Below are positions 19,156-28,493 of a stretch of DNA of 64,000 bases, one piece after another; the first letter of the stretch is position 1; each line of letters begins with the position of its first letter. The translations under genes were made by a program, and so were the position numbers. Where the stretch lies: NCBI GenBank assembly GCA_043812195.1, contig JBDRML010000016.1:64001-128000 (forward strand), in the 5' to 3' direction. Under the pieces are notes generated by a model that saw only the letters and a list, made by a program, of their open reading frames with translations, was not told the DNA's origin and did not search any database. This DNA comes from Candidatus Woesearchaeota archaeon. GTDB taxonomy: Archaea; Nanobdellota; Nanobdellia; SCGC-AAA011-G17; PNOQ01.

Positions 19156-19680
19156 TTATAAAGTTTTCAAACCTTCTAAACTAATTTCATTTCCACCATC
19201 TAATCTCTCTTTTAATTTATCTTCAACTACATCAAAATAATCATAAAATTTAGGAGTCAACTTCAACAACCTAGTTCTTCCAAATTTCTCAGTCACTATA
19301 AAATTTTCTTCCTTCAACTTCCTAACATGATCATAAGCCTTATTTCCCCTAATTCCAATAATATCTGCCTGGATTGCTGGTTGTCTATAAGCAATAATAG
19401 CCAAAGTCTCCTGAGTAGGTTTATCTAACTCAGCATCGCTTAATAATTGTTCAGTTAAATAAATATATTCTTTCCTTAAATTTAATTTCCATCTATTATT
19501 CTCAAAAACAACCTCTAAAGCCCCTTCCTTTTTCCCATATTCCTCTTTTAATTCTCCCAAAATCTGTTTTAAGTATCCCACACTACCAATCCCTGCTAAT
19601 TTAGATATTTCATCAATAGTCAGAAATCTCCCTGTAGTAAACAATACAGCTTCAACTCTATGCTTAGGATTATCTTCCAT
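19156..19680 (-). CDS. scpB: SMC-Scp complex subunit ScpB
   Basis: VEAVLF, ETLAIIAYRQP..IRG, TPKFYDYF. Confidence 0.93.
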   Translation of the reverse strand: MEDNPKHRVEAVLFTTGRFLTIDEISKLAGIGSVGYLKQILGELKEEYGKKEGALEVVFENNRWKLNLRKEYIYLTEQLLSDAELDKPTQETLAIIAYRQPAIQADIIGIRGNKAYDHVRKLKEENFIVTEKFGRTRLLKLTPKFYDYFDVVEDKLKERLDGGNEISLEGLKTL

Positions 19681-19759
19681 AAATACATATGTGTTTTCTT
19701 AATTTATAAATCTAATGCTAAAAAGAAAGATTTAAAACAAATCCAATAAATTTAGATTT

Positions 19760-20341
19760 ATGAGAGAATTCATATATTTTTCAAGAGATGCAAGAACTTC
19801 TGGTAATTTTCAAGATTTAATGAAAGCAGGTAGAATGGATATAGCCTGCCACACAATAATAGCAGCCTTTTTCCTATCTCATAATTTAAGAGAAGACGTA
19901 AAATTGCATTTAATTTTTTACGGTCCTCCAGATCCACCAAAACATTTAGAAATTATAAGCTCAGAAAGGTTGCACGAATTCTTAAGTAAAAAAGACGTAG
20001 CAGGACTAATAAAAAGAATGTTATTCAAATATAAAAAAGGAAAGAAAACAGAACCATTTCCATCCTGTTTCATAGAAAAAAAGCCATTATTAAATTTAAT
20101 AGAAGAATTAAAAAAAGAAGGTAAAGAAATATACATTCTAGACAAAAAAGGAAATTCATTAAGAAACCAAAAACTATCAAATAAATCTGTATTTTTATTA
20201 GGAGATCACAAAGGAATACCACAAAAAGAAAAAAAGAGAATATCAAAAATCGCAGAAAAAGTTTCAATAGGTCCACAAATGTATTTTGCTAGTCACACCT
20301 TAACTATTCTACAAAATGAATTAGATATAAGAAATCTTTAA
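19760..20341 (+). CDS. trmY: tRNA (pseudouridine54-N1)-methyltransferase
   Basis: AGRMDIAC, FFLSH..R, FLLGDHKG, SIGP..YFASH SPOUT motifs. Confidence 0.9.
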   Translation: MREFIYFSRDARTSGNFQDLMKAGRMDIACHTIIAAFFLSHNLREDVKLHLIFYGPPDPPKHLEIISSERLHEFLSKKDVAGLIKRMLFKYKKGKKTEPFPSCFIEKKPLLNLIEELKKEGKEIYILDKKGNSLRNQKLSNKSVFLLGDHKGIPQKEKKRISKIAEKVSIGPQMYFASHTLTILQNELDIRNL

Positions 20342-21438
20342 ATCTTAAACCTTAAAATTGCACCCATGCCACCAATTTTTCCCAATTGTTGACCTTCAGC
20401 ACTATCAATAGAAATCATTACAACACTAGCACCTATATCTTCTGCTTTCTTCTCCAACTCTTCAACTATTTTATCATCTAAATCTTCAGACAACAATAAT
20501 ACATCAACAGCACCCATTTCTAAAGCCTTCCTAACATCTTTCTCTTTGTAAACACCTTTATTGCCACCCTTAGTAGACATAGAATTAAAAAACCTCTCCA
20601 TAATTTTCTTTTCTTCTATAATTCCTTCTTTACCCAAAACATCGTGACTCTTATCCACAAGCTCATTCAAACCAAACTCTCCAGTATAACTTAAATCCTT
20701 TACACCAATTATTTTTTCTTTAATTCTAGCATGCAAATAATCACCATCTAAAAAAGTATCTTTAGTAGGACCAGGACCTCCGACTATAATTCCTTTTAAA
20801 TCTTCCATCTCAATAAATTCTTTATTACAAGCACTTCCAACTTTCTTAAAAAAATTATGAGCAGCCTCTTCTCTTAATCTAGCATACCTGGCTTGTGATT
20901 GTCCGCCTTTAGTAGTTTTTCCAGGAACATCAGATGTAAAATTAGCAATCTTAGCAATATAATTTCCTTTCAAATATCCCAAAGTTCCTTCTCTCCTATC
21001 AACAACAAGTAAACCATAAACACCTTTATGAACCATCATATCTTTCAAAATATCAACCACAAAAGTCTGATCACATCTATAAAGACGAATATTCAAAGGA
21101 TGTGAAGGTTCAATACTAAACACTTGAATATCAATCTGGTTCTCTTTATCACTAATATTACCACCAAAAACAGCTAAACCATTTTCAGGTGTTTTCTTAA
21201 ATAATCTCAAATGTCTAATAACTTTCTCCAAAGCATCAATAACATTAGTTCTAGTTCTTTTATCTTTAATATTAGAAGCAGTTCCTTGTTCTTCCATTAA
21301 ATGATGAATAATTTTAATCAAATCATAACCAGCAGGAACATAAACACTAACTAATTCAGTATGTCTACCTCTATACTGTTCCAAATTCTCAATAAATTTC
21401 CTTAACTCTCTCTTTTGTTTTACTTCCATATCATTCAA
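20338..21438 (-). CDS. prf1: Peptide chain release factor aRF1
   Basis: TASNIKD, YRCD, KGGQS motifs. Confidence 0.97.
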   Translation of the reverse strand: MNDMEVKQKRELRKFIENLEQYRGRHTELVSVYVPAGYDLIKIIHHLMEEQGTASNIKDKRTRTNVIDALEKVIRHLRLFKKTPENGLAVFGGNISDKENQIDIQVFSIEPSHPLNIRLYRCDQTFVVDILKDMMVHKGVYGLLVVDRREGTLGYLKGNYIAKIANFTSDVPGKTTKGGQSQARYARLREEAAHNFFKKVGSACNKEFIEMEDLKGIIVGGPGPTKDTFLDGDYLHARIKEKIIGVKDLSYTGEFGLNELVDKSHDVLGKEGIIEEKKIMERFFNSMSTKGGNKGVYKEKDVRKALEMGAVDVLLLSEDLDDKIVEELEKKAEDIGASVVMISIDSAEGQQLGKIGGMGAILRFKI

Positions 21439-21471
21439 AATTCAAAGCCCCTGGAACGTATTTAAACCTTT

Positions 21472-22116
21472 CTAATGAATATTTTTAATGTGCCCAACTA
21501 ACTTTCTCTTCTTATGATAATGGGTAATCTTAACTTTAGTTAACTTTTTTCTCTTTTTCTCTAATCCAAATAAGATAAAGAATCCAACCAATGCCATCAG
21601 ACCTACAAAAATAAAAGTATAACTAAATCCAATAAATTCTGCAATTAAAGCTCCAATTAAAGCCGTTACTGCAGTTCCTATCCCTGCTAAAGTGGAATAT
21701 AAACTCCACTCAAAACTTTCATGCTTTTTATCCAAATGAGTACTCCATAATCCCAACCAAGTAGGATGAGCAAATCCTGCTCCAATACCATTCAAAATTT
21801 GAGCTAAATAAATATGCCAGATATTGGTAGAAAAAATATAAATAAACGGAACTATAGAAATCAACAAAGTTCCAAAAATCAGCCATTTTACTTTATTATC
21901 ATGTGAGTCTACATATTTAGAAAAAGGAAGTTGAATAACACTTCTAGTAAGGATAAATAAAGCACTAGCCAATCCAGCAGCAAATATTGTTCCACCAATT
22001 AAATTTTCTTTTATAAAAATAGATAATATTGGAGCTATTAACCCAAAACCAGTAATCAAAAAAATATCAGAAAGCATCAACAATCTAATTGTCTTATTAA
22101 TTTTTACTCCAAACAT
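21472..22116 (-). CDS. Half-size (6-TM) MFS protein
   Basis: Six hydrophobic helices with an MFS-like pattern (PFSKYVD; GIGAG..P). Confidence 0.75.
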   Translation of the reverse strand: MFGVKINKTIRLLMLSDIFLITGFGLIAPILSIFIKENLIGGTIFAAGLASALFILTRSVIQLPFSKYVDSHDNKVKWLIFGTLLISIVPFIYIFSTNIWHIYLAQILNGIGAGFAHPTWLGLWSTHLDKKHESFEWSLYSTLAGIGTAVTALIGALIAEFIGFSYTFIFVGLMALVGFFILFGLEKKRKKLTKVKITHYHKKRKLVGHIKNIH

Positions 22117-22155
22117 AAATAGATTATTAGATTCTCCTTTTTTAAATTTAACTAA

Positions 22156-24543
22156 TTACTTCCATGATATTTTCAACTTATTCCCAAACGTTATTTGCTT
22201 TGCCCTACAAACAAATTTCAAATCTTCCAAGAAATCATTTATCTCTTTCTCATGTTTTTTATCTAAAACTAAAACAACTTCCTCTTTCAAAGATTTTTTA
22301 TGTTTAGTCTTAAACTTTCTCACTTCAGATATAACTCCAACGCAATAATCTCCAACTTCTTCTAATTTATCATCAACTTTAATCTCTTCAGGCCACTCAC
22401 TTAAATGAATACTTTTTAATTTCTCTTTCTTAACAAAATAATCTTGATAAATTTCCTCAGTTATATGTGGAACAATAGGCGCCATCATTTTCAAAATACT
22501 CAATAAAGAATTATACAATGTATACTGTCCAGATAATTTAGCATCTTCTCCTCTTTTATCAGGATTATACATTCTATCTTTAACTATTTCCAAATAATTA
22601 TCACAAAAATCTTCCCAAAAAAACATCTCAACATGTTTCATAGCATTACTAGTATCATATTTATCAAAAGATTCAGTAGCTTTCTTAATCACTTTATTTA
22701 ACTTTAATAATAACCAATTATCAAAAGCCTCTAACTTAATTTTCTTAGTCTGATAATCTTCTAATATATCAATACTAAATTTAGATGCATTCCATAATTT
22801 AGTCAAAAATCGATTACCTGCAATTAAATCATTTTCCTGATAAGATAAATCCTCTCCAACTTTAGCACCACCAACCCAATATCTAACTACATCAACACAA
22901 TATTTCTCTAACAATTCATGACTCCACACAGCATTGCCTTTACTTTTATGCATACCTTTTCCTTCAGGATCTAACACAAAAGTTCCAATCATAACGTCTT
23001 TCCATGGAATACTCTTAAAATGTAAAAATGATTTCAAAATAGTATAAAATGCCCATGTTCTAATAATATCATGAGACTGAGGTCTTAAACTCATTGGAAA
23101 ATTCTTTTTATAAAATGCCTTATTACCTAACCATTTCATAGCAACTTGAGGAGACATACTAGAAGTCATCCATGTATCCAATACATCACTATCAGCAACA
23201 TAATTAATAGACCCACATTTACATTTCTTCTTAGGTTTAATCATTGTAGGATCAACAGGTAATTCTTTTTTATCAGCAACTAAAGATTTTCCACAATCTA
23301 CACAATACCAAACAGGAATAGGAACTCCATAAAATCTTTGTCTAGAAATACACCAATCCCATGCTAAATTCTTAGTCCAATCATCATATCTAATCTTATA
23401 AAACCCAGGATACCAATTAATTTTTTCACCTTGCTTTAATAATTGATCTTTATACTTCAAAGTTTTAATAAACCATTGCTTTGAAACCAAATACTCAACA
23501 GGAGTTTCACATCTCCAGCAACAATTAACACTTTGAACAACCTTTTCTTGCTTAACCAACTTACCTTCTTTATTAAGTTTATTAATAATCTGTTCTCTTG
23601 CTCTTTGAAAAGTCAAACCCTCATACTCTCCAGCATTTTCATTCAATAAACCTTCTTCAGTAATAATAGATCTTAAAGGTAATTTATGTTCTTTCCACCA
23701 TAAAATATCAGTCGTATCTCCAAATGTACAAACCATAACAATTCCAGAGCCAAATTTCATATCCACTTTAGAATCTTTCATAATAGAAACTTTATGTCCA
23801 TAAATAGGAACAATAGCATTTTTACCAATTAATTCTTTATACCTTTTATCATCAGGATGAACAAATATTCCAACACAAGCTGCAAAAAACTCTGGCCTTG
23901 TAGTTGCGATCTCTATTTTATTTCCATCCTCTAAATCAAAAGTAACATAATTTAATTTAGTTTCTCTCTCTTTACTTTCCAATTCAGCCTGTGCTAAAGA
24001 AGTCTGATGATAAGGACACCATAAACTAGGTTCTTTATTTCTATATAAATCTCCTTTTTCAAATAATTCAACAAAAGATGTTTGTGCAACTTTCTGAGCA
24101 TCTTCTCCAATTGTAGTATATAATAAATCCCAATCATAACTATGACCCATTTTCTTAAAAAATCTCTCAGCATATTCTTCCTCTACTTTCTTAGATTCTT
24201 CTAAACATAATTTTCTGAATTCAGCTCTTGATGTATCTCCCTTAGAAACTTTAAATTTCTCTTCAACATATTTTTCAGTTGGTAAACCATTATCATCAAA
24301 TCCAGGAGCAAAATAAACATTAAAACCTTTCATTCTTTTGTACCTAGCAATAAGCTCAAATTGAGTATAATGTAAAGTATGTCCAATATGTAAATGCCCG
24401 GATGAAGCATATGGCGGCGGAACATCTATAGAATAAACAGGTTTCTTACTCTTAAAATCAAATTTGAAGATTTTACTCTTCTCCCAAAACTCCTGCCATT
24501 TATTTTCAACAGATTTAGCATCATATATTTTGGATAGACTCAT
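22156..24543 (-). CDS. valS: Valine--tRNA ligase (archaeal type)
   Basis: HIGH, DWCISRQR, DTW, GMHKS, anticodon-binding helical domain. Confidence 0.95.
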   Translation of the reverse strand: MSLSKIYDAKSVENKWQEFWEKSKIFKFDFKSKKPVYSIDVPPPYASSGHLHIGHTLHYTQFELIARYKRMKGFNVYFAPGFDDNGLPTEKYVEEKFKVSKGDTSRAEFRKLCLEESKKVEEEYAERFFKKMGHSYDWDLLYTTIGEDAQKVAQTSFVELFEKGDLYRNKEPSLWCPYHQTSLAQAELESKERETKLNYVTFDLEDGNKIEIATTRPEFFAACVGIFVHPDDKRYKELIGKNAIVPIYGHKVSIMKDSKVDMKFGSGIVMVCTFGDTTDILWWKEHKLPLRSIITEEGLLNENAGEYEGLTFQRAREQIINKLNKEGKLVKQEKVVQSVNCCWRCETPVEYLVSKQWFIKTLKYKDQLLKQGEKINWYPGFYKIRYDDWTKNLAWDWCISRQRFYGVPIPVWYCVDCGKSLVADKKELPVDPTMIKPKKKCKCGSINYVADSDVLDTWMTSSMSPQVAMKWLGNKAFYKKNFPMSLRPQSHDIIRTWAFYTILKSFLHFKSIPWKDVMIGTFVLDPEGKGMHKSKGNAVWSHELLEKYCVDVVRYWVGGAKVGEDLSYQENDLIAGNRFLTKLWNASKFSIDILEDYQTKKIKLEAFDNWLLLKLNKVIKKATESFDKYDTSNAMKHVEMFFWEDFCDNYLEIVKDRMYNPDKRGEDAKLSGQYTLYNSLLSILKMMAPIVPHITEEIYQDYFVKKEKLKSIHLSEWPEEIKVDDKLEEVGDYCVGVISEVRKFKTKHKKSLKEEVVLVLDKKHEKEINDFLEDLKFVCRAKQITFGNKLKISWK

Positions 24544-24594
24544 TATGCTTATGGCTGATAAGTATGTTTTTTAAAGCTTTTGGAAATGAATTAT

Positions 24595-24894
24595 TCATAT
24601 ATCTTTATCTTTAAGTCTCTTATTAATATCATTTATTTTATTTATAGTGTGATCCTTAAACTCTTCTAATCTACCAATCGAACCTTTCATAGGAAAAAGT
24701 ATAGCAAGGATAAGAATTTGTAAAGTTAATAAAACACCAACAGTCCACATAACAATAGTTGCCATATCTGGGCTATGCCCTGTTAATTTTAATATTAACA
24801 TATAAATAACAAACATAGAAAGCAAAACTGCAAGAATTGTTAGAATAATTATAATAAAATTATTTATTTTGTTTTTAATCTTATTATTTACCAT
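24595..24894 (-). CDS. Small two-TM hypothetical protein
   Basis: ATG 24894 with SD AGGAG; two TMs plus a coiled-coil tail. Confidence 0.6.
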   Translation of the reverse strand: MVNNKIKNKINNFIIIILTILAVLLSMFVIYMLILKLTGHSPDMATIVMWTVGVLLTLQILILAILFPMKGSIGRLEEFKDHTINKINDINKRLKDKDI

Positions 24895-25081
24895 AATCCA
24901 CTCCTTAACAGATAAATTAAATACAAAACTAATAAAACAACCAGAATCCAAAATAAAAAATTTAGTTGACCTTTTTTTAACATTATTAATAAAATTAGTT
25001 ATCTTAACCTATTTAATCCTTTCGCCAAAAACCACATCAAAGAAAACATTTAAAAAGGAATTACACGCTAGCCAATTTAAT

Positions 25082-25212
25082 GGGCCCATAGCTCAACCTG
25101 AAAAGACATAGTTAAGTCTAATCTTTGGTTAAGGAGAGCACCAGATTTTCAGGTGAAACTGAAGTCCCAGGTCAGATATCTGGCCATCCGGGTTCAAATC
25201 CCGGTGGGCCCA
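25082..25212 (+). tRNA. tRNA-Phe(GAA) with three BHB introns (25101-25132, 25145-25157, 25165-25177)
   Basis: Spliced form GGGCCCA TA GCTC AACCTGGGA GAGC A CCAGA CTGAAGA TCTGG CCAT CCGGG TTCAAAT CCCGG TGGGCCC A gives a full cloverleaf; each junction has a 4-bp helix and two 3-nt bulges. Confidence 0.88.
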
Positions 25213-25269
25213 CTTTTTTAAAACTTTCCAAAATATTTATAAACAACTAAAAACAAAATTAAGATATAA

Positions 25270-25818
25270 ATGAAAAACAAAAGTGGTGCAATTGAACTTT
25301 CTGTAACAACAATTATAGTTGTAGTAATTGGAATCACATTATTAACTTTAGGTTTAGTATGGGTTCAAAATATATTCAAAGACTTAGGAGAAGTTAGTGA
25401 TAATAGCTTTGCAAGAGCAAAGCAATTAATTGAAGGGATAGAAAAAATAGACAAACCATTATCAATAATCCCAAGTCCAATAGAAGTAGAACAAAATGGT
25501 GAAGAAGTAGCAATAGTAGTAATAGCTAATTTTGAACAAGAAACAAAAGTAGTAACTGTCGGCATGGTACAACCAGAAAATGATGTTCTTTGTGGGTTCT
25601 TTGATGTTCTAAGTTCAAATAGAAAATTAAAAGCAGAAGCACCAAATAATCCTTATACTTTAGGTTCAGGAGAAAGAGTAGAAATAGCAATTGCAGTCAA
25701 AGGCAATGATGCTGATTTAGGACTAACAGGCTGTAATGTTCAATTAGTTGGAGACATACAACAAACTAAAACTTTAAACGTAAGAGTAACACCAAAATCA
25801 AGTGGAATTTTCGGTTAA
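25270..25818 (+). CDS. Class III signal peptide (pilin-like) protein
   Basis: MKNKSG/AIELSVTTIIVVVIG. Confidence 0.75.
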   Translation: MKNKSGAIELSVTTIIVVVIGITLLTLGLVWVQNIFKDLGEVSDNSFARAKQLIEGIEKIDKPLSIIPSPIEVEQNGEEVAIVVIANFEQETKVVTVGMVQPENDVLCGFFDVLSSNRKLKAEAPNNPYTLGSGERVEIAIAVKGNDADLGLTGCNVQLVGDIQQTKTLNVRVTPKSSGIFG

Positions 25819-25856
25819 AATCAAACTTAGTTTTGTTTACTAAGTCACAATTTATC

Positions 25857-26939
25857 TTATTTTGCTTTTTTAATTATCTTTTCTAATTCTACAATAAAAT
25901 CTTCAGTATCAACAAAATAGTTAGGATATGCTTTTTCCAAATCTTTAGGAGTGTCTGTACCTACACGAACAACATCATAATCATTTCTCCCTTTATGTCT
26001 TTTTTCTAATTCAGAATAATCTTTAATAGCTTGTTCTTCTTGTTTTTGAAGATATGTTTTAATACTTAATTTTCCCCCCAAAATATCTAATTCTAATAAA
26101 AAAAACTTTGCTTTTCCTTTCATCTTCTTTCTTACTTCTTCATTAAAAAATTTCATTGCATGTGCCCATCCTTCCATACGATGAATAACTTCCAATTCTT
26201 TTGCCTTTTGTTTAATTTGAGAATACAATTTTTCTTTATTAATAGGGGTGTTATCCACAATTGGATAATTTTCCTTTATAGCAAAAGCTGAACTTACTAA
26301 TTTAAAGAAATCCGCCCAATCTGAAATTCCCTCATTAAACTTAATCGCTTGTCTTGTAAAAAAATCCACAGTTTCAACAGCAGTAGCCCAAAGATGTTGT
26401 AGTTTTGATCTTATCTGAACTTCAACACGTAACCCATTATAATCCGTCTTTCTCTTATCACTTTTATATTCATATATAACATGAAAACTCCTATATCCAT
26501 CTTTCTTAGGAGAATCAACATAATTTTTTTTCCCAACTCTTCTATGTTTTAAATTTCCTTTTAGATAATAATTGTTGTAAATTTTTTTAGCAATTTCTAC
26601 ATTTTTAACAATAGCCCTACATCCTGCAATATCTTGCATCTGCGATAATTGCATAGTTGGATTGCGCCCTTCATACTTTCTATTTAATTTATTAACAATT
26701 GATGTAGCTCTTTTAAGTCGTTGAGCAACCAAAGCATCCTTGTCACATTTTTTAGAAACATTTTTTAAAGTCATCTGAAAGATATGTAAAGGGTAACTAT
26801 GTATGGCCCTCCAACTATTCAAAATTTCAGTAGCTTTAACCATATCTTCCTCCAAACTATTAGCATCTTTTAATATTCTTCCTGCTTTATTCAATTCATT
26901 TTTGTCATATCTTGGTTTTTTCCATGCCATACACATCAT
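25857..26939 (-). CDS. RelA/SpoT-domain protein (small alarmone synthetase-like)
   Basis: RLKR..SI..KL, QDIAGCR, GYRSFH, EVQIRS.LQHLWA synthetase motifs. Confidence 0.88.
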   Translation of the reverse strand: MMCMAWKKPRYDKNELNKAGRILKDANSLEEDMVKATEILNSWRAIHSYPLHIFQMTLKNVSKKCDKDALVAQRLKRATSIVNKLNRKYEGRNPTMQLSQMQDIAGCRAIVKNVEIAKKIYNNYYLKGNLKHRRVGKKNYVDSPKKDGYRSFHVIYEYKSDKRKTDYNGLRVEVQIRSKLQHLWATAVETVDFFTRQAIKFNEGISDWADFFKLVSSAFAIKENYPIVDNTPINKEKLYSQIKQKAKELEVIHRMEGWAHAMKFFNEEVRKKMKGKAKFFLLELDILGGKLSIKTYLQKQEEQAIKDYSELEKRHKGRNDYDVVRVGTDTPKDLEKAYPNYFVDTEDFIVELEKIIKKAK

Positions 26940-26968
26940 AAGAAATTAGAACTATTTAAATATATCTA

Positions 26969-27099
26969 TTTTGCGCGGTTAGTATTTTTAGAAGAATATT
27001 TTTATGCACTTTCTATTTATATACGACAAAAGATAATATTAAATTATAATACTTAGTTTTGCGCAGTTTAATCTTTAATAAATGTAGATTTTGCGCAGT
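26969..27099. repeat. Three TTTTGCGC(G/A)GT copies, each next to a TATA-like element
   Basis: 26969-26980, 27057-27068, 27089-27099; GCGC is rare in this AT-rich DNA. Confidence 0.7.
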
Positions 27100-27233
27100 A
27101 ATTGATTGAATCCAACAATTAGAAGAAAAAGCGATCTAGAAATAATTAAATTAGAATTTTAAATGCAAACCACCAGTCAAACATAGCAAACAAACCAAAA
27201 GCTTTTTAAAACCAATATTTCTGCCAATACTCT

Positions 27234-27638
27234 ATGAAAGCTTACGATATTAAAACAGACGAAGTAATTAAAAGAACAGCTGAAAAGCTAAAGAAAATAG
27301 AAGAAATAAAAGCACCAGAATGGTCTAAATTTGTAAAAACTAGTCCGGCAAGAGAAAGGCCTCCAGTAGAATTAGATTGGTGGTATGCAAGAACAGCATC
27401 AATTCTAAGAAAAATCCAATTATTAGGCCCAATAGGGACAAGTAAATTAAGTAAAAAATATGGTGGAAAAAAGAATAGAGGCCACAAACCAGAAAAATTC
27501 TTTAGAGGTTCAACTAAAATAATCAGAACAATATTACAACAATTAGAAAAAGCAGGTTTAACAGAACAAGCTCAAAAAGGAGCGCATAAAGGAAGAATAG
27601 CAACCAAAAAAGGATTATCATTATTAAACACAAAATAA
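27234..27638 (+). CDS. rps19e: 30S ribosomal protein S19e
   Basis: PEWSKFVKT..RERPP..DWWY.R.ASILRK..YGG. Confidence 0.97.
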   Translation: MKAYDIKTDEVIKRTAEKLKKIEEIKAPEWSKFVKTSPARERPPVELDWWYARTASILRKIQLLGPIGTSKLSKKYGGKKNRGHKPEKFFRGSTKIIRTILQQLEKAGLTEQAQKGAHKGRIATKKGLSLLNTK

Positions 27639-27639
27639 A

Positions 27640-27813
27640 ATGGCCAGAAACATATCTACAGGTAAAAAAACCAGATTAGCAAAAAAAGGTAAACAAACTA
27701 GATGGGCACCTTTTTGGGTAGTTCCAAAAGCAGCAGGAGTTGGGAAAAAAATTCATCCATCAAGATTCACAGCAAAAAAAAGAAGCTGGAGAAGAACTAA
27801 AACTAAAGCATAA
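27640..27813 (+). CDS. rpl39e: 50S ribosomal protein L39e
   Basis: MARNISTGKKTRLAKKGKQTRWAPFWV...RSWRRTK; lies between S19e and L31e; missing from the ORF track. Confidence 0.9.
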   Translation: MARNISTGKKTRLAKKGKQTRWAPFWVVPKAAGVGKKIHPSRFTAKKRSWRRTKTKA

Positions 27814-27815
27814 AA

Positions 27816-28310
27816 ATGGTAATAGAAAGAATATACACAATTAATTTAAGAAGAGAATTCCAAAAAGCTCCAAAATATAAATACACGAGCAAAGCAATTA
27901 GAGCTTTAAAAGAATTTCTAAAAAAACATATGAAATCAGATAATGTAACTATAGGAAAATACCTTAATCAAGAAATCTGGAAAAATGGGCCTAAAAATCC
28001 TCCAGCAAAAGTTAATATTAAAGTAACAAAAGATGAAGATAAAATCTATGCAGAATTAGTTGGTGCACCAGAAGAAATAAAAATAGAACCTAAAGCTAAA
28101 AAAGTCAAACCAGGTAATTTAAAAGAAAAATTAGAACAAGCTATAAAAGCAAAACCAAAAGAAGAAATTAAAGAACCTATAAAAAAAGATGAAGTTCCTA
28201 AGGCAGAAGAACTAGCTAAAAAGAAAGAAGAAACAAAAAAGAAAGTAACTAAAAAACCAGAAAAAGTTCCAACTGCAGCAGAATTAAAAGCAAAAAAGAA
28301 ATCTAAATAG
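27816..28310 (+). CDS. rpl31e: 50S ribosomal protein L31e with a Lys/Glu-rich tail
   Basis: ERIYTINLR..KAIRALKEFLKKHMK..LNQEIWKNG. Confidence 0.95.
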   Translation: MVIERIYTINLRREFQKAPKYKYTSKAIRALKEFLKKHMKSDNVTIGKYLNQEIWKNGPKNPPAKVNIKVTKDEDKIYAELVGAPEEIKIEPKAKKVKPGNLKEKLEQAIKAKPKEEIKEPIKKDEVPKAEELAKKKEETKKKVTKKPEKVPTAAELKAKKKSK

Positions 28311-28493
28311 ATATTTTTTAAGATTTATCAATATTCCAAAATAAGAGGTTGGAGGAAAAAATGTCAAACAAAAGTTTAGATTTGGTAAAAATATTAGTAA
28401 AAGAGTCATTTGGAAAAAGCCTGGAAACCAATGAATAATTCAGAAAAACTTAAATTTTACAAAGACATGATAAAAATATTTGAGGAGGTAAAC

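Noticed and set aside
25141-25183. tRNA-Glu(TTC) with one long intron
   Set aside because: That reading gives no BHB; the Phe(GAA) model satisfies the BHB at all junctions and has G20 and A73
25082-27233. tRNA-integrated island
   Set aside because: No duplicated tRNA 3' fragment or integrase seen downstream
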